A stretch of 64,000 nt of DNA. It comes from Mytilus galloprovincialis (taxonomy: Eukaryota). Shown piece by piece: positions 24,820 through 37,175 of this stretch. Within the stretch, counting starts at the first letter, position 1. Every line of letters begins with the position of its first letter. Under the pieces are notes generated by a model. That model worked only from the letters and a program-made list of their open reading frames with translations. It did no database searches and was not told the origin of the DNA. A program made the position numbers and the translations under genes. The stretch is from the NCBI RefSeq assembly GCF_965363235.1, contig NC_134847.1, forward strand, positions 70,173,664 to 70,237,663, given 5' to 3'.

Positions 24820-25215
24820 ACCAATAGTTATCAAAGGTACCAGGATTATAATTTAGTACGCCAGACGCTTGTTTCGTCTACATAAGACTCATCAGTGAAG
24901 CTCAGATCAAAATAGTTATAAAGCCAAACAAGTAGAAAGTTGAAGATCATTGAGGACCAAAAATTCCAAAAGGTTGTGCCAAATATGGCTAAGGTAATCT
25001 ATTCCTGGGATAAGAAAATCCTTAGTTTTTTGAAAAATTCAAATTTTTGCAACAGGAAAAAAAAAAAGACCATATAATTGATATTCATGTCAACACCGAA
25101 GTGCTGACTACTGGACTGGTGATACCCTCTGGGACGAAACGTCCACCAGCAGTGGCATCAACCCAGTGGTGTAAATAGTTATCAAAGGTACCAGGATTAT
25201 ACTTTAGTACGCCAA
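24820..25215 (-). mobile_element. Retrozyme-like repeat, about one full 350-bp unit plus the start of the next, with hammerhead motifs on the minus strand
   Basis: The unit runs from the hammerhead at 24856 to the start of the next motif at about 25200, roughly 350 bp. It is the same family as 46961-49000. Confidence 0.6.
24856..24903 (-). ncRNA. Candidate type I hammerhead ribozyme core
   Basis: Minus strand: gagcttca-CUGAUGA-GUC-uuaugua-GAC-GAAAC-aagcgucuggcGUAC. The conserved core and helix II are intact, but helix III is weakened in this copy. Confidence 0.5.
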
Positions 25216-25290
25216 AAATTCAAAATAGTTTTATTTTCCTCTTGTTTCAGTGCAATTTATGATAAAAGAAATGTTATTTTATTTTCCTAG

Positions 25291-25329
25291 AGTAAAAAGA
25301 AAAAGATGAGGAAAAAGGCTGTCTTGGAT
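25291..25329 (+). CDS. Gene model B exon 4, a 39-nt micro-exon (SKKKKMRKKAVLD)
   Basis: Acceptor ttttcctag at 25290 and donor GAT|GTAAGT at 25330, phase 0 to 0. Confidence 0.45.
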
Positions 25330-25848
25330 GTAAGTAATATTACTTAAGTAACAAAGTAACAAAACTAAATACAAACACGTTGAAATGACAATGTACAACA
25401 AATTAAAGGTAAAGAAAAACTTTTATTTGTTTGTACTTTAATTTCCTTTTATTACATGCATTTAATTTGCTGTCTACAAATTTTAAATTTCACTAAAAGA
25501 CGAGATGTTCTCCTACACTTCTGTAATTACAAGGCAAGATATAAGAAACACTACGAGTCATCTGTACAATGGAAACATTTGAAGGAACTAAAATATGCAA
25601 GAACCACATCCAAAATATTTTTGTTGGATTTTACTGTCCAGTCAAGCAAGGAAAAAAATCATAAAATTATGCATTTCAATAAATTAATTTTGCTGGAGAT
25701 GTTTCATTGTATATAATATGTGGAAAAAGAGAGAGGATATCAAAGGGCACTAAAACATAGTTCTAATAAAAATGACAAAATCATGACCAAAATGAAAACT
25801 GATGAAAAGACAAATACAAACATGTATAATTAACAAAACACTTCACTG

Positions 25849-25975
25849 AAAGTTTTAACTTGGGTGAACCTAGGGATGGAAAGTTTTAACTTGGGTGAAC
25901 CTAGGGATGGAAAGTTTTAACTTGGGTGAACCTAGGGATGGAAAGTTTTAACTTGGGTGAACCTAGGGATGGAAA
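25849..25975. repeat. Tandem repeat with a 31-bp unit, 4 copies (aagttttaacttgggtgaacctagggatgga)
   Basis: Direct periodicity. Confidence 0.9.
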
Positions 25976-26122
25976 GTTTCTGCTGCATTAGTGGCAACAT
26001 TCAAGTTACTCATTGTAAGTTAAAAGTTTTGAAGTTTAGCTAATAATTGTTTAATCAAATCACATTAATTTATTGTATTGAATGTATTGATTCTAACTTA
26101 TTCTCTAAGCTTATGATTTTAG

Positions 26123-26170
26123 AAATCATTTGATCACTTGGTGGAAAGATGCAGTACAGAAACTGAACAT
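26123..26170 (+). CDS. Gene model B exon 5, 48 nt (KSFDHLVERCSTETEH)
   Basis: Acceptor gattttag at 26122 and donor CAT|GTAAGT at 26171, phase 0 to 0. Confidence 0.45.
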
Positions 26171-26517
26171 GTAAGTACCATAGATAGTCATTATACCCAA
26201 AGCATAGACATACTTATTTACGCTTGTATGCAAATGTGAAATTACCTGTTCCAGCAAAATTTTACATTGCAATGTAAAAAATGTGAGGTCATAATTATAA
26301 AGGGATTTTTGTGTGATGCCAAAAGTTAATTAAATAATTATCAGATTTAATTTATGATTCAAATACTCATTTTTAGCTCACCAGTCCCAAAGGTCTCATG
26401 ACATTTCCTACCATAAATATCATGTTTTCCAAAAGAAGATCCGTAAGCTTTTTGCCAAGTTAGAATGTATAAATCTTATATATAATATTTATCTAACCTA
26501 TTTCAATTTTGATTCAG

Positions 26518-26725
26518 GTGCAAAAATGTTTTTATAAGACAGGCAACACATTTTCTTCACCAAGTTACTTTTCATCAATTGGGGATGGTACCAGATATGT
26601 AGTAGATAAAGTCAAATCAGTTGGTGACTACATCTTTAAGGACAAGGGGGTTAGAGAGACAGATATAGCTTACTACAGAGATGATAGTGTTGATGATGTG
26701 TTATCTTACCATTCACCATCAACAG
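26518..26725 (+). CDS. Gene model B exon 6 (VQKCFYKTGNTFSSPSYFSSIGDGTRYVVDKVKSVGDYIFKDKGVRETDIAYYRDDSVDDVLSYHSPST…)
   Basis: Acceptor gattcag at 26517 and donor ACAG|GTATAC at 26726, phase 0 to 1. ORF 26509..26745. Confidence 0.6.
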
Positions 26726-27027
26726 GTATACATTATTTTCATTAGTTGCTGCATTAACTTTTCATTTACTGTAAAATCAGAAATTATTGCATTGTTTTTA
26801 TTGTGAAAAATGCAACAGGCTTATTATATCAATGCAATAATATAAACTTGCATTTTGATTTTTTTTATATGAATAAAACAGGATTTTTCTCAATATAACA
26901 TTTTTTTTAAATTGCATTTTAGTCTAAAATGACAAAATTGCAATAATAAATGCCTTCAATTATTTTTTTAACAGTCAATGTTATCTGATAACATGCTATT
27001 ATTTCAACTTATTATTATAATTATTTT

Positions 27028-29150
27028 TATACGACTGCAAGCGTCGTCCAAAGACACTTAGTTTCCGAATAATAACTTTAGTTTAAGTGAATGGATTTCT
27101 ATGAAATCTAAACACAAGGTTAACAACCACAAAAGGCAGGTTGGATTAATTTGGGGGTTATGGTTCCAACAGGTTAGGAACATGGGCCCAAAAAGGGGTC
27201 AAAATAAGTATTTTTCTAGTTTCCAGACAATTACTTGTGTGTAAGTGTATGGATCTTTCTGAAATTGTACCACAAGGTTTCATTCCATAAAAGGAAGGTT
27301 GGGATTGATTTTGGGGGTTATGGCCCAAACTGTTTCGGGATCAGGGGCCAAAAAGGGGCAGAAAACAATACTTTTCTAATACTTTGTATAAATTGCTTAT
27401 TTCTTGAACAATTTCAAGGGGTTTTATTTTTGAATTCTTGGGGTTCTTAAATATGCTGAATCTAACCGTGAATTAAGTTTTTGGAATTTGGTCCCTGTTT
27501 ATAAATTGGTCCACATGAGGTCTAAAGGGTCCAAAATTAAACTTTGTTTGATATCATAAAAAATTGAAAGATTGAGGTTCTTTTATTTGCCAAATCTATT
27601 CAATGACATGTATTTAGATCTTTAATTTTTTAATTTTTTCAAATAGGTCTACATTAAGGTCCAAAGGGTCCAAAATTAAACTTACCTTGATTTTAACAAA
27701 AATTGAATTCTTGAGGTTCATTGATATGCTGAATCTAAACATGTGTTTAGATTTTTATACGGCCGCAAAAATTATAATTTTTTTTGTCGTATATTGGTAT
27801 GATGTTGGCATCTGTGTCGTCGCCGTCCGAAGACATCTGGTTTTCACACTATAACTTTAGTATAAGTCAATAGAAATCTATGAAATTTAAACACAAGGTT
27901 TATGACCATAAATGGAAGGTTGGGATTGATTTGGGGAGTTTTGGTCCCAACAGTTTAGGAATTAGGGCCCAAAAAGGGCCCAAATAAGCATTTTTCTTGG
28001 TTTTTACACAATAACTTTAGTATAAGTAAACAGAAATCTATGAAATTTTAAAATAAAGTTTATGACCACAAAAGGAAGGTTGGAATTGAATTTGGGAGTT
28101 TTGGTCCCAACAGTTTAGGAATTTGGGCCAAAAGGGTCCAAAATTAAACTTTGTTTGATTTCATCAAAAAATGAAGTATTGGGGTTCTTTGCTATTCCAA
28201 ATCTAACCGTGTATTCAGATTCTGAATTTTTGGTCCTGTTTTCAAATTGGTCTACATTAAGGTCCATAGGGTCCAAAATTAAATTTAGCTTGAATGTAAC
28301 AAAAATTGAATTCTTGGGATTCTTTGATATGCTGAATCTAAACATGTACTTAGATTTTTGAATATGGGCCCAGTTTTCCAGTTGGTCCTAATTGGGGTCC
28401 AAAATTATTATTTTAAGTATTGTGCAATAGCAAGAAATTTTCAATTACGCATTATTGCACAATAGCAAGAAATCTTGAATTGCACAGTATTGTGCAATAG
28501 CAAGAGATTTTCAATTGCACAGTATTGCACAATAGCAAGAAATTTTCAATTTCACAGTATTGTGCAATAGCAAGAAATCTTCAATTGCACAATAGCAAGA
28601 AATTTTCAATTGCACAGTTTTGCACAATAGCAAGAAATATTCAATTACACAGTATTGTCCTGTTTTCAAATTGGTCTACATTTAAAAGGTCCAACAGGTC
28701 AAAAGTTAAACCTTGTTTGATTTCAACAAATATGAATATATGGGGTTCTTCAATATGCTGAAAGGAACCATTTATTTACATTTTTAATATTTGGGCCCTG
28801 TTATCAAATTGGTCCACATTGAGGTCTAAAGGGTCCAAAATTGAACATTATTTGATTTCATCAAAAATTGAATTCTTGGGGTTCCATGATATGCTGAATC
28901 TAACCATGTATTTAGATTTTGGATATTGGACCATAATAGGTAAATGCCCAATTTAAAATTTTTAAGTTTTTATGTTTAAGTTCTTAGACCACATTCATTC
29001 TGTGTCAGAAACCTATGTTGTGTCAACTATTTAATCACAATCCAAATTCAGAGCTGTATCAAGCTTAAATGTTGTGTCCATACTTGCACAAACTGTTCAG
29101 GGTTCGACCTCTGCAATCGTATAAAGCTGCACCCTGCAGAGCATCTGGTT
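27028..29150. mobile_element. Two adjacent composite elements of the 9629 family, 27028-27763 and 27764-29150
   Basis: Hairpin starts tatacgactgcaa at 27028 and tatacggccgcaaaaatt…ttgtcgtata at 27764. The second ends with the conserved tail …gcagagcatctggtt at 29150. The minus-strand ORF 28115..28345 is spurious. Confidence 0.7.
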
Positions 29151-29550
29151 GATTATGGGCCCAGTTTTCAAGTTGGTCCAAATTGGGGTCTTAAATCAAA
29201 CTTTGTTTGATTTCTACAAAAACTGAATATATGGGGTTCTTTGATATGCTGAATCTAACCATGTATTTAGATTATTGATATTTGGACCCTGTTATCAAAT
29301 TGGTCCACATTGAGGTCAAAAGGGTCCAAAATTAAATTTTTTTGATTTCATCAAAAATTGAATTCTTGGGATTCTTTGATATGCTGAATTAATCCATAGC
29401 CATGTATTTAGATTTTGGATATTGGACCATAATAGGTTAATTTAAATTCAGAGCTGTATCCAGTTTGAATGTTGTGTCCATACTTGCCCCAACTGTTCAG
29501 GGTTTGACATCTGCGGTCGTTTAAAGCTGTACCCTGCGGAGCATCTGGTT
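29151..29550. mobile_element. Additional fragment made of B-repeats plus the conserved right arm and tail
   Basis: …ccccaactgttcagggtttgacatctgcggtcgtttaaagctgtaccctgcggagcatctggtt ends at 29550. Confidence 0.6.
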
Positions 29551-30165
29551 AATTATGGAGTTTGCATAATTTCTTAATAAACTCCATGTTTATTCTGTAT
29601 TTTTATGTTCTGTGCTTCACACAACACTATTTATACAAAATACATTTTAATACAGAATAAACATTGAATGTAATAAAGATTTCAAGCGCAAGAAATTATG
29701 CAAATTCCATAATTAAAAATTATTCCAAGTTGAAATAAAAGCCTGTTTGATTCTCTTTGCACTGGTTTTGTACGAGTGCTGTCTTTTTGGAAAAAATTTG
29801 TGGTTAGTTTGTCTTTGTGGTTGATTAATTGTTTCTAAACATTAAATTAAGACTAGAATTCTTTTTCAAATAAAAATTGCACTTACATATATTTTATATT
29901 ATAATAAGATATGCCTTAATCATGATAACTGAAATAAACACAAGGCTCTGTACTAAAATGATAGACATTATTGTCACATAAAGGCAAGGCAGTAGTTGAA
30001 TAACTCAAGTTATCTTACTAGCTCCATCACTGTTAATAACTTCTATATATAACTCTAAATGTCCAAATATCAAAACTTTATTTAAACTACTTGGATGCAG
30101 ATTTGTCTCATGGACAATCATACTGACATCTTCTTATTTATAATAATTTGATTTGACTTTTTCAG

Positions 30166-30290
30166 GTCAAGTTGAACCACCAAAGAACCTAAGTGACTTT
30201 GGTATAGGATCTGTGATAAAACCTATCAGGACACAGCATTGTTTAGTAGATAAGCATAACCTGGATAAACTATTTGTATTACAAGGGGAG
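30166..30290 (+). CDS. Gene model B exon 7 (G QVEPPKNLSDFGIGSVIKPIRTQHCLVDKHNLDKLFVLQGE)
   Basis: Acceptor tttttcag at 30165 and donor GAG|GTAATT at 30291. The phase-1 carry-over from exon 6 gives Gly. Confidence 0.6.
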
Positions 30291-30704
30291 GTAATTTGTT
30301 TGATAAATCATAATTTCTTTTCAAAAGTCTTTGAAATAAGAAAGTATTGGTTTCCATGATAGTTTGTCCTTGTAAAACGTATTTCCACTAATGACAGCAA
30401 GATTTAGGCAAACTTCTTTCAGCATCAAAATGTCTGTAACATCAACAATTTCTTAAGTTTGTGACTGGTTTCCTTATTATATTAGTCAATACTTTATAGT
30501 AATATGCTGATGTATTATCAGTGGCACATCTTAATCCAATGGTGATTATTTGGCTCCATCTATGGATGCAAAGTTGCCTTTATGTTCTCAGGAACTACAA
30601 ATCATAGCTTTAAGAAAGTTGTTAACAAGACTCATGTGAGCAAGCATGCTTAACCAAGAAAAATAGTATTTCACCTCTAACAATGTGATAATGTATAATT
30701 ACAG

Positions 30705-30804
30705 GATGGTAGCTGGTGTTTGACAGAAAGATTATGTAATCTACTGGGAATTGATTATAATGTCTGTATGAATATTCTTAAAGAAGCTGGCATTGAGTCT
30801 TTAG
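30705..30804 (+). CDS. Gene model B exon 8 (DGSWCLTERLCNLLGIDYNVCMNILKEAGIESL…)
   Basis: Acceptor aattacag at 30704 and donor TTAG|GTAGGT at 30805, phase 0 to 1. Confidence 0.6.
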
Positions 30805-31214
30805 GTAGGTGTTTCATGTTTATATTACAGTGTAACCTGTGTAAACCGACACACTGGGTGACCAGAAAAAAATGTCAGATTAAGCAGGGTGCCAGAATAC
30901 TCGGGTTTTTGTTGAGCCTCCAACTTTAGTTGCAGAAAGCTCGACATAGGGATAGTGTTCCAGCAGCAGCGGCGGCGTTAGCTAACTTCTTGAAAGCTTT
31001 ATATTTTAGAAGGTGGAAGACTTGGATGCTTCATACTTTGTATGTGGATGCCTCATGTTACAAAGTTTCCGTCAGTCACATGACCAATGTCCTTGTCCTC
31101 ATTTTCATGGTTCAGTGACTGCATGAAAAAAAGGTTAACATTTTTTGCAATGTTTAATTCTCTCTTATTATAAGTAATAGGATAACTATATTTGGTATGT
31201 GTGTACCTTGCAAG

Positions 31215-31860
31215 GTCTTCATGCCCTTCAGACAGTTTTCACTTGACCTTGACCTCATTTCATGCATCAGTGAACAAGATTAAGTTTTGATGGTCAAGTC
31301 CATATCTCAGATACTATAAGCAATAGGTCTAGTATATTCGGTGTATGGAAGCACTGTAAGGTGTAGATGTCCAACTGGCAGGTGTCATCTGACCTTGACC
31401 TCATTTTCATGGTTCAGTGGTTATAGTTAAGTTTTTGTGTTTTGGTCTGTTTTTCTTATACTGTATGCAATAGGTCTACAATATTTGGTGTATGGAATGA
31501 TTGTAAGGTGTACATGTCTAGCTGGCAGGTGTCATCTGACATTGACTGCATTTTCATGGTTCAGTGTTCAAAGTTAAGTTATGAATTTTGGTCTTTTTTT
31601 CTAATACTTTATGCAATAGGTCAACTATATTTAGTGTCTGGAAATATTTTATGATCCTTGTGTCAGTTGCGAGGTTTTATTTGACCTTGACCTCATTTTC
31701 ATGATTCATTGCTCGGTGTTATGTTTATATGTTTTGGTCTGTTTTTCTTAAACAATAAGCAATAGGTCAACTATATTTGTTGTATGGAAGAATTGTTAGC
31801 TGTACATGCCTGCCTGGCATGGTTCATCTGACCTTGACCTCATTTTCATTGTTCATTGGT
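31215..31860. repeat. Tandem array with a unit of about 130 bp, about 5 copies (…tgaccttgacctcattttcatggttcagtg…ttttggtctgtttttcttatactgtatgcaataggtc…), in an intron
   Basis: Direct periodicity. Related fragments occur at 19975-20075 and 20345-20410. ORFs 31442..31654 and 30930..31118 are not supported. Confidence 0.8.
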
Positions 31861-33119
31861 CTATGTTTAGTTTTCTTGGGTAATGTTAAGTTTATGTGAC
31901 AGTTGTAATAAAGCTTAATATTTAGGACTATCAACATAATATCAATGATTAGTTAAGAAGGCGAGACATTTGAGCCTGTGCACTCTTGTTTTTGTAAGGA
32001 TAGGCATAGGTTACACTGTACTTACATTGAGTATGAACCACTGCTTGAGAATATTATTTCAAACGGATTCAATCCATTTAGTAGTCTAGTTCAATATTGG
32101 CATGATTCGAAATATCAAGTTTCAATTCACTTAAGGAGAAGGTTCAATTTTGGGTTTTTACCCTAATATCATATATATTTCATGCTTTCTCAATTTAGCA
32201 GAATAAGGAGGTGATTTTTAAATTTTTATTAAACTGGGCAGTTATAAAATGCCAATGAATATGGTTAAATGGCAAACTAATCTAAAATCTTGACTATAAG
32301 TATTTGACATGGACTTACGAAGAATTAATTAGAGCACAACCGTCACCAAAACAAAACTCATGCAGCTGGTTAATCAAGAGAGGCAAAAGGAACATTTAAA
32401 CTCAAAAGTCGAAAAATAAACCATGGTTAAAAGGACAAACAGACAAACAGCAGTATACAAAACATAGAATAAATGGAAATTAAGGGGGCTCCTGGGTAAA
32501 AATCAAATTTGTTTTCTAATTTAGGATTTCGCTATATCTTTTTATAAATAAACTTTATCATATACTTAAAAGAAAAATGAAATAAAAAAATGGGGTCACC
32601 GTTCATTTAAGCTCACAATCTGCCTCCGGAAGAAGCATACATTTTTGTTAATGCCCTTTTTTTCTGTTGAGCTAATAGGAGAAATAGAGGTAATATCGAA
32701 ATAAAAAAATAACCTAATTACAGAAATCGCTTAAATTTTACAATTATTTAGTTTATGTACAGCTTATTTGAAAACAATAATAAGAAATATAGGTCACCGA
32801 TGAGTTAAAAAAGATATTTCAAATTTAATGCCAAAAAATGGCATTTTTGCACCAAAGGGAGATAATTTGGAGCTTTTTCAATGATATAAACATTTTAAAA
32901 GTCATCTGGAGCCAAATCGAATCGATTTTTTTGGGTTGATTTTTGTACCATATCATAAAGTAATAACTAATAGTGTAATAAATAAAATTTGTAATGAAAA
33001 AAAAAAAGGTTTAATTTTTTGCTGAAATTTTTGTACCCACGAGCCACCTTAAGCATCTTGGAGGGCTGACACTTATTGAAACTATTTAATTTCAAGCTAA
33101 GTACAATATTCTATTTCAG

Positions 33120-33445
33120 CATTTAAAGTCCAGGTTGAGATAATGACTTTACTGGCAACCTGTATTGCCCTGCTGGTTATTATACAATTGGAGTCACCAG
33201 ACTGGGTTCCAATTCATGTTAAAGACAATAACTTTTGGCAAACAGAGCTAACAAAATGGCTATCAGAAAGTACAGAGGGTGGTAGGCAACAAGTTGATGA
33301 TGAACATTTTCCTAAGCATAGTCGAATGATAAAAACTGTCAATTTCTATCAGCAGAAAGAGGAAGAGCATAAATTGACATCAAGTATGCTGGAGTTAGGT
33401 CACTCCTGGGGTGAGGTAGCAGCAAAGATGTTAGGTGTTGCCTAG
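33120..33445 (+). CDS. Gene model B terminal exon, with TAG stop at 33443-33445 (A FKVQVEIMTLLATCIALLVIIQLESPDWVPIHVKDNNFWQTELTKWLSESTEGGRQQVDDEHFPKHSRMIKTVNFYQQKEEEHKLTSSMLELGHSWGEVAAKMLGVA*)
   Basis: Acceptor ctatttcag at 33119. The phase-1 carry-over joins into the frame of ORF 33143..33445. A 3' UTR-like triplication of a 55-bp segment follows. Confidence 0.55.
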
Positions 33446-33560
33446 TGACATCTTGCTTCTGGGGTGAGGTAGCAGCCAAGATCTTAGGTGTTGCCTAGTA
33501 AAGTCACTATCCTTGGGTTAGGAAGCAGCAAAGATCTTAGATGTTACCTATTAACGTCTC
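33398..33560. repeat. Three copies of a 55-bp direct repeat (ctggggtgaggtagcagcaaagatgttaggtgttgcctagtgacatc) spanning the stop codon
   Basis: Direct repetition. Confidence 0.8.
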
Positions 33561-34569
33561 TCTCCTGGATGTTGCCTAGATACTGGACTTCTGTCATTGC
33601 TTGAAAATGGTTATGCAAAACAAAATAAAAATTGATGCAATAGTATAGAATTGTACCTTCATTGTCTTTATCCTGTTAGGCATTATAATTGTCAATAACG
33701 ATAAATTGAGTTTGTGAACAAAAGATTAATTTTCATCATACCATTTACGATCAGGGATCAGTTATACAACTTTAATATCATTTAACAGATTATTTATTAT
33801 AATGAGATTGATTTTTTGTTTTACATGAGGCTTCACATTTGTATTTCTTTATCTATTTACAATTTGGTTATAAAAAAAATGTGATAATTAGTTCAGGTGA
33901 TATTGTCCAAAAAAGTAGTAGAACAATGCTGTTGTTGTATATATCTGCAGAATACAGTGGCGGATCCAGAAATTTTCATAAGTGGGGGCTCATTTACTGC
34001 CTAAGAGGGGGCCCGCTCCAGTCATACTTCAGTGATTCCCTATATAATCAATCAATTTTTTCCCAGAAAAATCCTATAAATCCGCCTCTGGAATACACTT
34101 TGACTTATATGTAATGATCAAAATGAAAGATATGTTGCAGATATTAGTTAAATAAACAAGTTATAATTTTTCAATTTTACTATTTTTCAATTCATAATAA
34201 TAAAAAAAAAAATATTGATAAAAAAATGTCTCCATCCATTAATGATTTATTGTTATCATTTCACAATTACAAATAACAATTTATTGAGAATAAAAAAAAA
34301 ACACTTCACATTGATTATTTACTTAATTTAATTGTGTCATTATGCAGCTGATTGAAAATTCATGGAAGGTTTTAAAGATTTTGGTTCATTTAATAATCAT
34401 GTTTACAAAATTTGTATATTGGACTTTATTACATGAAGAACAATAGATGAATTTTAGTTTTAAAAATGGCAAAATTACTTCTTTTCTGCAAAAAATTGAT
34501 TGAAAAATGTCAAGAGCAGGCTGCACACATTTGGGTTATTTTTCATAAAGACCAACCCTTTGTAAATTA

Positions 34570-36661
34570 TTATACGACCGCAAAAATTTTAATTTTTTGG
34601 TCGTATATTGCTATCACGTTGGCGTCGTCGTCTGCGTCGTCGTCGTCGTCGTCCGAATACTTTTAGTTTTCGCACTCTAACTTTAGTAAAAGTGAATAGA
34701 AATCAATGAAATTTTAACACAAGGTTTATGACCACAAAAGGGAGGTTGGGATTGATTTTGGGAATTTTGGTCCCAACATTTTAGGAATAAGGGGTCAAAA
34801 AGGGCCCAAATAAGCATTTTCTTGGTTTTCGCACTATAACTTTAGTTTAAGTGAATAGAAATCTATGAAATTTTGACACAAGGTTTATGACCACAAAAGG
34901 AAGGTTGGGATTGATTTTGGGAGTTTTGGTTCCAACAGTTTATGAATTAAGGGCCAAAAAGGGGCCCAAATAAGCATTATTTTTGGTTTTTGCACCATAA
35001 CTTTAGTATAAGTAAATAGAAATCTATGAAATTTAAACACAAGGTTTATGACCATAAAAGGAAGGTTGGGTTTGATTTTGGGAGTTTTGGTCCTAACAGT
35101 TTAGGAATAAGGGGCCCAAAGGGTCCAAAATTGAACTTTGTGTGATTTCATCAAAAATTGAATAATTGGGGTTCTTTGATATGCCGAATCTAACTATGTA
35201 TGTAGATTCTTAATTTTTGGTCCCGTTTTCAAATTGGTCTACATTAAGGTCCAAAGGGTCCAAAATTAAACTTAGTTTGATTTTAACAAAAATTGAATCC
35301 TTGGGGTTCTTTGATATGCTGAATTTAAAAATGTACTTAGATTTTTAATTATTGGCCTAGTTTTCAAGTTGGTCCAAATGGGGGTCCAAAATTAAACTTT
35401 GTTTGATTTCATCAAAAATTGAATAAATGGGTTCTTTGATATGCCAAATCTAACTGTGTATGTAGATTCTTAATTTTTGGTCCAGTTTTCAAATTGGTCT
35501 ACATTAAGGGTCCAAAATTAAACTAAGTTTGATTTTAACAAAAATTAAATTCTTTGGCTTATTTGATATGCTTTAATATCTAAATATGTACTTTGATTTT
35601 TGATTATGGGCCCAGTTTTCAAGTTGGTCTAAATCAGGATTCCATATCAAGTATTGTGCAATAGCAAGAAATTTTCAAGTGCACAGTATTGCACAATAGC
35701 AAGAAATATCTAATTGCACAATATTGTGCAATAGCAATTAATTTTCAATTGGAGTTATCTTTCTTTGTATAGAATAATAGTTGATAATATATGTTGGAAA
35801 TTTGCCAGACATGACTATGATGTCATTTTCTATTTTTATTTGCCAAAAACTTTATGTAAATAACTTCATTGGAAATTTGCCAATATAAAATGTTGCTGAT
35901 GAAGCTTTTTTTCCTTATCTTATCTAAAATGTTTTTAGATAATGTATGTTGGACATTTGCCAGACATGACTATGATGTCATTTTCTATTTTTATTTGCCA
36001 ATAACTTTATGTAAATAACTTCATTGGAAATTTACCAATATAAAATGTTGCTGATGAAGTTTTTTTTATTGTTTTATACAATAAACAATGTATATTCACT
36101 TTTACTACCAACCAATCTTTACCATTCAGTGATAACAAGCACTTTATTTTACATATTAATATTTTATGATGTATTTAAAAGAGTAGTTATTGTTGCAAAC
36201 TCCATTAGAAATTTGAATTGATATCAGTTTTGGAAAAAGGGAAACGTGGATGTGAAAAAAAAGGGGGGGGTTTAAATTTTTCTCATTTCAGATTTCATAA
36301 ATAAAAAGAAAATTTCTTCAAACATTTTTTTGAGAGGATTAATATTCAACAGCATAGTGAATTGCTCAAAGGCAAAAAAAAACTTTTAAGTTCATTAGAC
36401 CACATTCATTCTGTGTCAGAAACCTATGCTGTGTCAACTATTTAATTTTAGATTTAAAAAGTTTGAAGAAGAAATCTTTAATTGATTTGTAAAATCTTGA
36501 CATTTGTTTTGTGTAAAAAAAAACCATGTAATGTCAAAAATTTGATCACAATCCAAATTCAGAGCTGTATCACGCTTGAATGTTTTGTCCATACTTGCCC
36601 CAACTGTTCACGGTTCAACCTCTGCGGTCGTATAAAGCTGCGCCCTGCGGAGCACCTGGTG
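34570..36661. mobile_element. Composite element of the 9629 family, about 2.1 kb. Its right arm (36388-36661) is split from the rest by unrelated sequence
   Basis: Left hairpin tatacgaccgcaaaaattttaattttttggtcgtata, then a (CGT)n microsatellite, three A-repeats, B-repeats and three C-repeats. The tail is …ctctgcggtcgtataaagctgcgccctgcggagcacctggtg. Confidence 0.7.
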
Positions 36662-37054
36662 TAGATTGTTTTGATGATTTAAAAGTTGACATTTCAGAGA
36701 AATATATGGGACCTTATTTTTAGCGAATGTTAATTCAGTGCTATAAAAGTTTTGTAATTTATAAAAAAAAGTGATTATATGTGAGCTGTATCCAATAGAA
36801 ATCAACCTTATGCAAGTGTACGTATACATGTACATATATAAGACTTTGATTGGTTTTGGAACATTCAGATACGAAATAAGAGATGATTTTTGGTCTGTTT
36901 TGTTGGATCCATATACAATCTCAATTTTCAAATAGTTAGACTTTTCATAGAGATTTCCAACAATCAGAAATTTGGTGAACAGATGTATTGATATTCATTT
37001 GCATAAGGTCAATTTCTATCCGACACCGCTCATAAAGTTGTTTAAATATTTATG

Positions 37055-37175
37055 ATATTGTGTTTATATATAATTGTTTAATTATTTATATTATAGTGTT
37101 TATATATAATTGTTTAATTATTTATGATATTGTGTTTATATATAATTGTTTATTAATTTATTTTAAAGTCTGTGA
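37055..37175. repeat. Tandem repeat of about 36 bp, 3 copies (gtgtttatatataattgtttaattatttatgatatt)
   Basis: Direct periodicity. ORF 37060..37245 lies on it. Confidence 0.85.

Noticed and set aside
10207-28345. Minus-strand ORFs 10207..10689, 18516..18764 and 28115..28345 (MFRFSISKNPKNSIFV… family)
   Set aside because: These are read-through of the B and C tandem sub-repeats of the composite mobile elements. The same 'protein' recurs wherever the repeat does.
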